A stretch of DNA of 64,000 nt from an uncultured Acidimicrobiaceae bacterium (lineage in GTDB: Bacteria > Actinomycetota > Acidimicrobiia > Acidimicrobiales > RAAP-2): assembly GCA_963781305.1 (NCBI GenBank), contig CAWAFL010000013.1, positions 478,948 through 542,947 of the forward strand. The letters run 5' to 3'. The notes under the pieces were generated by a model. The model did no database searches. It had not been told where the DNA came from and saw only the letters and a program-made list of their open reading frames with translations. The position numbers and the translations under genes were made by a program. Positions 45,604 through 55,689 of the stretch are shown piece after piece (position 1 is the stretch's first letter; every line of letters begins with the position of its first letter).

Positions 45604-45630
45604 CCATGTCGGGCGGGCTAGTTTCGTGCG

Positions 45631-47452
<1,822 letters not shown>

Positions 47453-47461
47453 GGTCGGTGG

Positions 47462-48364
47462 GTGACGGGATTGGCTGCGGTCAGCGCTGATCCGCTCGGG
47501 ATCCTGGTGGCCTTTGGCGCCGGGATCCTGTCATTCCTGTCGCCGTGCGTGTTGCCGCTGGTCCCCGGCTACCTGTCGATGGTCTCGGGTCTGAGCGCAG
47601 CAGAGCTGGCCGCCGTTCCTGTCCGGGCCCGGGCCGCGAGTCTTGCCCCGGCGGTGGCCACCGGTGGGACGCCGACGGGAGGGTCCGGGACCGGAGCCGG
47701 AACAGCGGCCACTGCCACGGTGGCCCCACCCAGCCGGGAGGAGCTGGCCCGGCAGCGGAGCCGCCTGTTCCGCGGCATCCTCGGGTTCATCGCCGGCTTC
47801 ACCGTGGTGTTCACCGCCCTGGGGGCCAGCGCGACGGCCGTCGGGCACCTGCTGCGCACCCATCAACAGCTCACCAACACCGTGTCAGGCCTGGTCATCG
47901 TCGCCTTCGGGGCCGTGCTGGTGGCCATGGCTGCCGGTGTGCGCCTGCCCGTCTTCGTGATGGGCGAGCGCCGATTCGCCGCCCGACCCTCCCTGCTCGG
48001 CGTGTGGGCACCCCCGGTGATGGGCATGGCCTTCGCCTTCGGGTGGACCCCGTGCCTGGGGCCGGTTCTCGGGAGCGTGTTGACCCTGGCCTCGCACGAG
48101 GGCACCCTCACCGGTGGGATCGCCCTGCTGATCGCCTACTCGCTGGGCCTGGGCGTCCCCTTCCTGCTGAGCGGGCTGGCCTTTGGCCGGCTGACCGACG
48201 TCGTGGCCCGGGTCCGGAGCCGTCTGCGCTACATCGACCTGGTGGGCGGCGTCATCTTGGTCGTCTTCGGGCTGCTGTTGGTGACCGGCAACCTGGGCTG
48301 GGTGTCGGCCCAGTTCTCCCGGCTCCTGAACGACCTCCACCTCGGTCGCCTGGCCACGAGCTGA
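47462..48364 (+). CDS. ccdA: cytochrome c biogenesis thiol-reductant transporter CcdA (DsbD-core family), with a roughly 45-aa Ala/Gly/Thr-rich insertion
   Basis: Motifs SPCVLPLVPGYLS and a second Cys motif TPCLGPVLG. About 6 TM segments. Confidence 0.85.
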   Translation: MTGLAAVSADPLGILVAFGAGILSFLSPCVLPLVPGYLSMVSGLSAAELAAVPVRARAASLAPAVATGGTPTGGSGTGAGTAATATVAPPSREELARQRSRLFRGILGFIAGFTVVFTALGASATAVGHLLRTHQQLTNTVSGLVIVAFGAVLVAMAAGVRLPVFVMGERRFAARPSLLGVWAPPVMGMAFAFGWTPCLGPVLGSVLTLASHEGTLTGGIALLIAYSLGLGVPFLLSGLAFGRLTDVVARVRSRLRYIDLVGGVILVVFGLLLVTGNLGWVSAQFSRLLNDLHLGRLATS

Positions 48365-48432
48365 GCGACCGGGGGCCGCCCCGACCCCGCCTGGCTCCGT
48401 GCCCCCTGCCGCCCGTAGCATGGTCCACGCCT

Positions 48433-49230
48433 ATGGCCCTAGCAGTCCCTTCCTCACTCGCACTGTCCCTCCACGACGCGGTCGCGTTATCGGGACGGTT
48501 CCCGCTTCTCGCCGGCGTCGACCTCGAGGTCGCCACGGGTGAGACACTGCTGATCGAAGGCCCGAACGGAGCGGGCAAGACCAGCCTGCTCCGCCTGTGC
48601 GCCGGGCTGGTGGCCCCGGCCTCGGGTCGGGTGGCCGTGCTCGGCCTCGACCCTGTCCGCCACCGGACGGCGCTCCGACGCCGGGTGGGGTTCCTCGCTC
48701 ACGCCTCTCACCTCTACGACGACCTGACCGTTCGGGAGAATGTTCGATTCGCCGTCCGGGCCGCCGGCGGTTCGACCGACCGGATCCCCGCCGCCTGTGA
48801 GCGCCTCGGCCTGGTCGGCCGGCTGTTGCGCACCAGTGCCTCCAAGCTCTCGGCCGGTCAGCGCCGCCGGGTGGCCCTGGCCGTGTTGGTGGCCCGGTCA
48901 CCCGAGCTCTGGCTACTCGATGAGCCCCACGCCGGCCTCGATGCGTCGGCTCGCACCCTGTTGGGCGAGTTGATCTCCGAGGCGTCAGCGGGCGGGGCGA
49001 CGGTGGTCGTCGCCTCCCACGAGGCCAACCTGGTCGAGCCGTTGGCTCATCGGGCGGTGACCATCACCGGCGGCAGGGTGACCAGCCAGCGGATCATCCG
49101 CCCGGTCAGCGAGCCAGTCGAGGGGCCGGCCATCGAGCCCGTCATCGACCTGGTGACCGCGCCCACCCCGGCTCCCGATGAGGCCCCCACCCCGGCTCCC
49201 GATGAGGGGAGCGTCATCCATGTGGCGTGA
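48433..49230 (+). CDS. ccmA: heme exporter ATP-binding protein CcmA
   Basis: Walker A GPNGAGKTS, signature LSAGQRRR and Walker B LLDEP. The upstream 296 codons of the track ORF are out-of-frame overlap with ccdA. Confidence 0.85.
   Translation: MALAVPSSLALSLHDAVALSGRFPLLAGVDLEVATGETLLIEGPNGAGKTSLLRLCAGLVAPASGRVAVLGLDPVRHRTALRRRVGFLAHASHLYDDLTVRENVRFAVRAAGGSTDRIPAACERLGLVGRLLRTSASKLSAGQRRRVALAVLVARSPELWLLDEPHAGLDASARTLLGELISEASAGGATVVVASHEANLVEPLAHRAVTITGGRVTSQRIIRPVSEPVEGPAIEPVIDLVTAPTPAPDEAPTPAPDEGSVIHVA
49159..49206 (+). repeat. 24-bp x2 in-frame tandem duplication at the ccmA 3' end
   Basis: GCGCCCACCCCGGCTCCCGATGAG followed by GCCCCCACCCCGGCTCCCGATGAG (one mismatch). It encodes APTPAPDE twice. 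Confidence 0.9.
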
Positions 49231-49891
49231 CACCCTCCTCATGGTCGGGAAGGACCTCAGGATCGAGGCGCGCTCCCGGGTGGCCCTCAGCCAGGTCGCC
49301 CCTTTCGGGATCATCGCCCTGGTCCTGTTCGCCTTCGCCCTCGGACCCGATCGGTCCCCCATGGCCAAGGCGGCACCGGGCCTGTTCTGGGTGGCCATTC
49401 TGTTCTCGACGGTGCTGGCCATCCAGCGCAGCGTGTCGGTGGAGTCGGTCGACGGCGCCCGAGACGGTCTCCGCCTCTCGGGTCTCGATCCGGCAGGGGT
49501 GTTCCTGGGCAAGACGGCCGCGGTGGCCGTGCAGCTGTTGATCCTCGAGGCCATCCTGGGTGTCGGGGTGGTGCTCCTCTATGGGGCCAGGATGAACAGT
49601 GTCTGGCTGGCGGTGGTGGCCTGCATCGCCGGCACCATCGGTCTGGCCGCGGCGGGCACCCTCTACGGTGCGCTCTCTTCCGGGATGCGGGTGCGGGAGA
49701 CCCTGCTGCCCTTCTTGTTGCTCCCCGTCGTGGCGCCGGTCCTGTTGGCCGGCACCCGCATCTGGCAGGCGGCCCTAGCCGGCGGCATCCCCAGTCAGGG
49801 GACACCGTGGGTCCGCCTGCTCATCGTCTTCGACGCCGTCTATCTGGCATTAGGAGTGGTCGTGTTCGGTCCAATTCAGGAGTCAGCGTGA
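49220..49891 (+). CDS. ccmB: heme exporter permease CcmB
   Basis: The ATG overlaps the ccmA end by 11 nt. CcmB-like TM protein (LLMVGKDLRIEARSR..., FWVAILFS). Confidence 0.85.
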   Translation: MWRDTLLMVGKDLRIEARSRVALSQVAPFGIIALVLFAFALGPDRSPMAKAAPGLFWVAILFSTVLAIQRSVSVESVDGARDGLRLSGLDPAGVFLGKTAAVAVQLLILEAILGVGVVLLYGARMNSVWLAVVACIAGTIGLAAAGTLYGALSSGMRVRETLLPFLLLPVVAPVLLAGTRIWQAALAGGIPSQGTPWVRLLIVFDAVYLALGVVVFGPIQESA

Positions 49892-50760
49892 TCCGACAAT
49901 CTGCCAAAGCCATGTGGACGACCCGGATCATCGGCATCGCCGCGTTGGTGAGCGTGGCCTTCACCGTGTGGCTCGCCCTGTGGGTCACCCCGCCCGACGT
50001 GGTCCAGGGCAACCTGGTCCGCCTGGTCTACCTGCATCCCGCGGTGGCGTGGGTGGCCCTCTATCTGGCCTTCGGTCTGGCCGCGGTGGCCAGCCTGCTC
50101 TATTTGTGGCCTCGCACCCGATCGCTCTTTTGGGATCGCCTGGCCGCGGCGGCGGTCGAGGTCGGTGTGGTGTTCAACGTCTGCACCCTGATCTCGGGGT
50201 CGATCTGGGGACGTCCCACGTGGGGCGTGTACTGGACGTGGGACGCCCGGTTGACCAGCACGGCATTGCTGCTCATCTTGTTCCTCGGGTACATGGCCCT
50301 CCGGCGGGTCCCTGCCGATCCCGAGGTGAGGGCCAAGCGCTGTGCCTTTGCCGCTCTGTTTGCCGCGGTCGACGTCCCCATCGTCCACTTCTCTGTCCTG
50401 TGGTGGAAGACGCTCCATCAGGGGGCCACGGTCCTCAACCCGGATCTGTCGCCGCAGATCCACGGTTCGATGGCCTGGACGCTGCTGCTCGGTTTCGTGG
50501 CCCTGACCCTGGTGTTCTTCTGGATGCTGCTCGTCCGGTACCGGATCGGATCCCTCCAGGACCAGCTGGGCACCGGTGAGCTCGATACCGCCATCCGCCA
50601 GCGCCAGGCCGAGGGAGTCGTCAGCGACCCGGTCAGTTCCGAGACGCCGGGCACCCCGGTGTCCGTTGTCTCCTCGGTGGCCCCCGCCTCGGTGGAGCCT
50701 CTGGCCACAGGGGCGGGGCGGGCGTCGGTGGCCGCGCCGATCAGGGAGGTGCTCAGGTGA
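49888..50760 (+). CDS. ccmC: heme exporter/handling protein CcmC
   Basis: GTGA overlap with the ccmB stop. Trp-rich WWD motif WGRPTWGVYWTWDARLTS. ATG at 49912 is an alternative start. Confidence 0.9.
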   Translation: MIRQSAKAMWTTRIIGIAALVSVAFTVWLALWVTPPDVVQGNLVRLVYLHPAVAWVALYLAFGLAAVASLLYLWPRTRSLFWDRLAAAAVEVGVVFNVCTLISGSIWGRPTWGVYWTWDARLTSTALLLILFLGYMALRRVPADPEVRAKRCAFAALFAAVDVPIVHFSVLWWKTLHQGATVLNPDLSPQIHGSMAWTLLLGFVALTLVFFWMLLVRYRIGSLQDQLGTGELDTAIRQRQAEGVVSDPVSSETPGTPVSVVSSVAPASVEPLATGAGRASVAAPIREVLR

Positions 50761-50924
50761 ACTACGTCATCGCCGGGTACAGCATCGTCCTCGGTCTCCT
50801 CTTTCTCTACGCCGTGCAGCTGATCTGGCGCCGGCGCCGCTTGAACCGGCTGGTCGCCCTGACCCTGTCCGAAGCCGATGCGGCCGACGCCGCCGCCGAC
50901 CAACGCGCTCAGGACGGGCCATGA
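50757..50924 (+). CDS. ccmD: heme exporter protein CcmD (55 aa; not in the supplied ORF track)
   Basis: GTGA overlap with the ccmC stop and ATGA overlap with the ccmE start. One TM helix followed by a basic patch (NYVIAGYSIVLGLLFLYAVQLIWRRRRL), at the canonical gene-order position. Confidence 0.65.
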   Translation: MNYVIAGYSIVLGLLFLYAVQLIWRRRRLNRLVALTLSEADAADAAADQRAQDGP

Positions 50925-51415
50925 CCGTCGCTCCTCCCGTTGATCCGGCCACGCCACCTGGTCCGCCAGTCCCGGACAAGCCCGCGCCCGGTCGTCGCCA
51001 GTCGCATCGGCTCCGCTACGTGGGCGTCGGCCTGGTGCTGGCCGCGGCGTTCGCCTTCTTGTTGGTGAAGGGCCTCGGAAGCTCGCTCGACTACTACCTG
51101 ACCGTCAACCAGGCCGTGCACCAAAAGGCCACACTGGGCACCCGGGACTTCCGACTGGAGGGGGTCGTCGTTCCCGGCACCGTCCACAACACGGCAGCGG
51201 GCGTGGACTTCACGGTGCAGAGCGACGGGGTGTCCGAGGAGGTGTCGAACACCGGGACTCCGCCGCAGCTCTTTCAGCCCAACATCCCCGTCGTCGTGGT
51301 CGGCCACTTCAGCGGGAACGCTTTTGACTCCAACCAGATCATGGTCAAGCACTCCTCGTCGTACATTGCGGCCCATCCCAATCGGGTGACCGCCCCCAAC
51401 GGGAGCAAGCGATGA
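50921..51415 (+). CDS. ccmE: cytochrome c maturation heme chaperone CcmE
   Basis: N-terminal anchor, OB-fold-like body, and an H-x-x-x-Y heme-binding motif (VKHSSSY). Confidence 0.85.
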   Translation: MTVAPPVDPATPPGPPVPDKPAPGRRQSHRLRYVGVGLVLAAAFAFLLVKGLGSSLDYYLTVNQAVHQKATLGTRDFRLEGVVVPGTVHNTAAGVDFTVQSDGVSEEVSNTGTPPQLFQPNIPVVVVGHFSGNAFDSNQIMVKHSSSYIAAHPNRVTAPNGSKR

Positions 51416-51440
51416 GCGCCGCCCCCGTCGGTCGGGCGCA

Positions 51441-53540
51441 GTGAACTCGGCCCTCGGGCACACCGGCGTCCTGCTCGGGCTGGCCGCGGCGGTGGTGGGC
51501 ATCGTGGTCATGGCGGTCGGGTTGGCCCGGGGCAAAGACGCCGTCGTCCGCAACGCCCAGATCTACGCCCCGGTGATCCTGTTGGGCGGCCTAATTGCCA
51601 CTGCGGCCATGGAGCACGCCCTCATCACCCACGACTTCTCGCTGGTCTACGTGGCCGACAACAACTCGAGGTCGACGCCATTGCTGTACTCGATCACGGG
51701 GATGTGGTCGGCCCTCGAGGGATCGATCCTCTTGTGGGGCGTGATCCTGGGGGGCTATGCCACGGCCATGGTGTGGCGGTTCCGCAGGCGCGGAGCCGAC
51801 CGGCTGGTGGCCTGGGCCACCTTGGTGGTCTACGTGACCGCCGCCTTCTTCTTCATGCTCATGCTGGGGCCGGCCGACCCCTTCCGGCGGGTGGTAGGAG
51901 CCGTGGTCACCAACGGGAACGGCCCCAACGTGCTCTTGCAGGACAACCCGCTGGTGGCCTTCCATCCGCCCATGCTGTACCTGGGCTTCGTGGGCTTCAC
52001 CCTTCCCTTCGCCTTCGCCGTGGCCGCGCTGATCACCGGGCGGCTCGACGAGGACTGGCAGAGCGAGACCCGGCGGTGGACCCTGTTCGCCTGGGGGTTC
52101 CTCACCGCCGGCATCCTGCTCGGGATGTGGTGGTCCTACCAGGTGCTCGGCTGGGGAGGCTTCTGGGCTTGGGACCCGGTGGAGAACGCCGCGTTCCTGC
52201 CCTGGCTGGTCGGCACCGCCTACCTCCACTCGGTGATGGTCCAACAGCGCCGGGGCTTGCTCCGGGTGTGGAACCTGTCCCTGGTCATCGCCACCTTCAG
52301 CCTGACCATCCTGGGCACCTTCCTCACCCGTTCCGGGGTGATCCAGTCGGTCCACAGCTTCTCCGATTCCACCATCGGTCCCTTGCTGATCGGGTTCTTC
52401 GCCCTGGTGCTGGTGGTGGGCGTGGGCCTGATCGCCTGGCGGGGCGACCGGTTGCGATCGCCGGGGGGGATCGACGCCCCGCTTAGCCGGGAAGGGGCGT
52501 TCCTGGGCAACAACCTGTTGTTCGTGGCCTTCGCCTTCGTGGTCTTGCTGGGGACGGTGTTCCCGCTCCTCTACCAGGCGCTGAACAACACCCAGGTGAC
52601 GGTGGGGGCGCCGTATTTCAACGCGCTGGCCGTGCCCCTCGGCCTGGCCCTGTTGTTCCTGATGGGCGTGGCTCCGGCGTTGCCGTGGCGGAAGACCACG
52701 ACGGCGGTGATGCGGAGCCGTCTGGCCGTGCCGGCGGCGTTGGCGGTGGTGACCGTGGTGGCCTGCGTGATCGGCGGGGTGCACGGGCTCGAACCCCTGG
52801 TGGCCTTCGGCCTGGGAGCATTTGCCGCCGCGTCGGCCGGGCGCGCCCTCGTGTTGTCGATCCACCTGGCCTGGCGCAGCGCTCGCCTGGCCGGAGCAGG
52901 CCCAGCCCGCGCCACCCTGGCCGGGTGGCGGGGACTGGTGGGACGGGCCAACGGCGGCATGGTGGTGCACATCGGCGTGGTGGTCATCGCCGTGGGGCTG
53001 GCCGCGGCAACCGCGTTCGGACAGCGCGGGGAGGTCCGGCTGTCACCCGGTCAGACGGCTCGCGTCGACGGGCACACCATCCAGTTCATCGGGTACCGAA
53101 CGGTGAGGACCCCCGCCTCGACGGCCCAGGAGGCGGTCATGAGGGTGGATGGCAGCGGCGACTTCCACCCCGCCATCACCACCTTCGGCTCCAACGCGGC
53201 CAACGCGGTGGGCACCCCGTCGATCGATTCAGGTTGGCGTGACGACGTGTACCTCACCATCGCCAAGATCCCCTCGGGCTCGGCGGTGGTCATCGACTGG
53301 GTCGTCCAGCCTCTGGTCACCTGGATGTGGGTCGGGGGATCGCTGCTGGTGGTGGGCACCCTGTTGTCGGCTGTCCCCGGTCGCCGTCGCCGGCCCACCG
53401 ACCCGGTGTCCAAGCCGGTCGTGGGGGTGGCGGGCACGCCCGGACCGTCAGATGAGGACGGAGACGATCGGCTCGAGGAGCGGGCCGAGACCGAACCCCA
53501 ACCCGAGCAGGTTCCGGTGGGCATCGGGGACCGACCGTGA
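51441..53540 (+). CDS. ccmF: cytochrome c heme lyase subunit CcmF
   Basis: 699 aa and polytopic. WWD motif WGGFWAWDPVENAAFLPWL. Confidence 0.9.
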   Translation: MNSALGHTGVLLGLAAAVVGIVVMAVGLARGKDAVVRNAQIYAPVILLGGLIATAAMEHALITHDFSLVYVADNNSRSTPLLYSITGMWSALEGSILLWGVILGGYATAMVWRFRRRGADRLVAWATLVVYVTAAFFFMLMLGPADPFRRVVGAVVTNGNGPNVLLQDNPLVAFHPPMLYLGFVGFTLPFAFAVAALITGRLDEDWQSETRRWTLFAWGFLTAGILLGMWWSYQVLGWGGFWAWDPVENAAFLPWLVGTAYLHSVMVQQRRGLLRVWNLSLVIATFSLTILGTFLTRSGVIQSVHSFSDSTIGPLLIGFFALVLVVGVGLIAWRGDRLRSPGGIDAPLSREGAFLGNNLLFVAFAFVVLLGTVFPLLYQALNNTQVTVGAPYFNALAVPLGLALLFLMGVAPALPWRKTTTAVMRSRLAVPAALAVVTVVACVIGGVHGLEPLVAFGLGAFAAASAGRALVLSIHLAWRSARLAGAGPARATLAGWRGLVGRANGGMVVHIGVVVIAVGLAAATAFGQRGEVRLSPGQTARVDGHTIQFIGYRTVRTPASTAQEAVMRVDGSGDFHPAITTFGSNAANAVGTPSIDSGWRDDVYLTIAKIPSGSAVVIDWVVQPLVTWMWVGGSLLVVGTLLSAVPGRRRRPTDPVSKPVVGVAGTPGPSDEDGDDRLEERAETEPQPEQVPVGIGDRP

Positions 53541-54196
53541 GCCGGTTGCCTCCTGCACCAATTTCGGCTCCTCCTGCGCCGCCTGCTCGGCCGCCGTCCG
53601 GACCGACCGGACCGTCGGGCAACGGCAACGACGGGGCGCGGGGACGTCCGGTCCGGTCCAAGCACACGGCCCGATGGATCGGCCTGGCTGTCCTGGTCAT
53701 CGTGGCTGGCCTCACCGCCGTGCTCGCCACCCGACCCCAGGCCACCACGGCACAGGCAGCCAGCCCCCTGCTGGGCAAGCAGGCACCTCCCATCTCCGGG
53801 ATCACCGTGAACGGGACCCAGTACACCCTGCCCACCCAGCCCGGGAAGTACACGGTGGTGAACTTCTTCGCCTCGTGGTGTGAGCCCTGCCAGACGGAGG
53901 GCCCCAATCTGGTCGCGTTCCAGTTCGAGCACCAGCGCTCCGGTGACGCCTCGGTGTTGTCGGTGGTGATCCAGGACACCGTGGCCGATGCCCGGAACTA
54001 TCAGGCCAAGATCGGCGCCGACTGGCCGACCATGGCCGATCCCCAGGGCACGATCCGGCTCGACTACGGCGTCGGCTCGCCCCCGTCGACATTCGTGATC
54101 GCCCCCGACGGCCGGGTGGTCGCCGACTACCTCGGTCCGGCGACGGTCAAGGACCTCGATTCGGTCATCCAGCGGGCCAAGGCCACTCATCCGTGA
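53537..54196 (+). CDS. ccmG: thiol:disulfide oxidoreductase CcmG/DsbE (TlpA/ResA family)
   Basis: GTGA overlap with ccmF. Membrane anchor and thioredoxin motif WCEPC. Confidence 0.85.
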   Translation: MSRLPPAPISAPPAPPARPPSGPTGPSGNGNDGARGRPVRSKHTARWIGLAVLVIVAGLTAVLATRPQATTAQAASPLLGKQAPPISGITVNGTQYTLPTQPGKYTVVNFFASWCEPCQTEGPNLVAFQFEHQRSGDASVLSVVIQDTVADARNYQAKIGADWPTMADPQGTIRLDYGVGSPPSTFVIAPDGRVVADYLGPATVKDLDSVIQRAKATHP

Positions 54197-55629
54197 GCAG
54201 TTCGTCGCGGACCGGGCGGCGACCGCTGGCCTGGGCGGTCCTGGGTGTCGTGCTCATCGTCGCTCTCCTCATCGGGAGCGGCGTCTTCTCGTCCAAGCCA
54301 CTGACCCGGGCCCAACGGGTGGAGGCCATCGCCTCGGGGATCAAGTGCCCCAGTTGCGAGGATCTCTCGGTCGCTGACTCCAACGCCCAGACCGCCGTCA
54401 CTGTGCGCACGGCCATCGCCGCCCAGGTGGCCGCGGGTCGGACGGATCAACAGATCGACGACTACCTGGTCGCCCGCTATGGCTCGGCCATCGTGCTCAC
54501 TCCGCCCACCAGCGGCTGGTCGCTGTTGGTGTGGATCCTCCCCCTGGTGGGTGGCGTCGTGGCTGTCGGGGGGCTGACCTTGTTCGTGGTCCGGCGCCGC
54601 CGGCGCGGTTTCGCCCCGGACGACGAAGCCGCCAGAGCGGTGTCCGACGGCGAGCTGGACACCGACGTGCTGGCCGATCGTCGGCTGTTCCTGGAGCGGT
54701 CGCTGGCCGATGCTCGAGCGGAGCACGACGCCGGGGACCTTTCCGACGCCGACTACCAAGCCCTCTCTCGGCGCGACCGCGGTCGACTCGAGGCCGTCGA
54801 CGCCCGGATCGCGGCCCTCGAAGGGACAGATCCGGCACCGGACCTGCTGGTCACCACGGCCGCCTCGTCCAGTGCGCTCCCCTCCGGCGGTGCCACTGTC
54901 TCATCCCGTGCGGGTTCATCGGCTGAAGGCACTCCCCAGACGGAGTCGGAATCGGCTGACCAGCTGGAGTCGGAATCGGCTGACCAGCTGGAGTCGGAAT
55001 CGGCCGAACCTGCCGCACCGGCACCGACAACGACTCCGGCCTCGACCCCCCGCCCTCGGCGGAGCCGCCAACAGCGCTTCCTCCTCGGTGGATCGGTGGT
55101 GGCCCTCAGTGCGGCGATCGTATTGGTCGTGGTGCTGATCGCCGTGCCCCGGCTTCCGGGCCAGACCGAGACCGGAGACATCACGCTCAGCCAACAGCAG
55201 AAGATCGCGCAGACGCTGGCCGAAGCGGCGGCCGACGAGGACACTGGGAACTTCAGCCAGGCGGCCCAGCTCTACAACCAGATCCTGAGCCAGAGTCCCC
55301 ACCAGCCCCAGGCCACCGCGCAGTTGGGTTGGCTCGACTATCAGGTGGGATCGTCGGGCAACAGCGCCACGTTGACATCCGAGGGTCGCAAGCTCGTGCA
55401 GCAAGCGGTGAAACTCGACCCCCAGGACTTTGCCGGCCACCTCTACCTGGGCACCATCCTGTTATTGCAGGACCACAATGCGACCGGTGCGGTGGCGCAG
55501 TACCAGCAGTTCCTGGGGGCCACGAACCCCGTGCCCGGCGCGTCGGTCATCAAGCAGGCCGCGCCCTACATTCGCCAGGCCTACACCCAGGCCGGCGTGG
55601 CCCTCCCCTCAAAGGTCCCCGCGGCCTGA
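54193..55629 (+). CDS. ccmH: CcmH fused to a CcmI-like TPR domain
   Basis: GTGA overlap with ccmG. Motif IKCPSCEDLSVADSN (CxxC), two TM helices, and a C-terminal TPR-like region (AQLYNQIL...LGWLDYQ...). Confidence 0.8.
   Translation: MSSSSRTGRRPLAWAVLGVVLIVALLIGSGVFSSKPLTRAQRVEAIASGIKCPSCEDLSVADSNAQTAVTVRTAIAAQVAAGRTDQQIDDYLVARYGSAIVLTPPTSGWSLLVWILPLVGGVVAVGGLTLFVVRRRRRGFAPDDEAARAVSDGELDTDVLADRRLFLERSLADARAEHDAGDLSDADYQALSRRDRGRLEAVDARIAALEGTDPAPDLLVTTAASSSALPSGGATVSSRAGSSAEGTPQTESESADQLESESADQLESESAEPAAPAPTTTPASTPRPRRSRQQRFLLGGSVVALSAAIVLVVVLIAVPRLPGQTETGDITLSQQQKIAQTLAEAAADEDTGNFSQAAQLYNQILSQSPHQPQATAQLGWLDYQVGSSGNSATLTSEGRKLVQQAVKLDPQDFAGHLYLGTILLLQDHNATGAVAQYQQFLGATNPVPGASVIKQAAPYIRQAYTQAGVALPSKVPAA
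54943..55004 (+). repeat. 24-bp tandem repeat, about 2.6 copies, in-frame in the ccmH linker
   Basis: GAGTCGGAATCGGCTGACCAGCTG at 54943-54966 and 54967-54990, then a partial copy to 55004. It encodes ESESADQL-ESESADQL-ESESA. Confidence 0.9.
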
Positions 55630-55689
55630 CATCGCCGTTCCTGTTCGAGTCCGACCCCGCCCCGACGACCGGCTGAGGCGTGCCTCGGG

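Noticed and set aside
47545-48432. The N-terminal 296 codons of the 561-aa ORF that ends as ccmA.
   Set aside because: This part is out-of-frame overlap with the hydrophobic CcdA gene. ABC ATPase similarity begins only at ATG 48433.
51591-52970. A 459-aa minus-strand ORF, plus several 90-260-aa ORFs inside ccmF.
   Set aside because: They are antisense or out of frame to ccmF (WWD motif present). They have extreme His/Gly/Pro/Arg/Gln composition.
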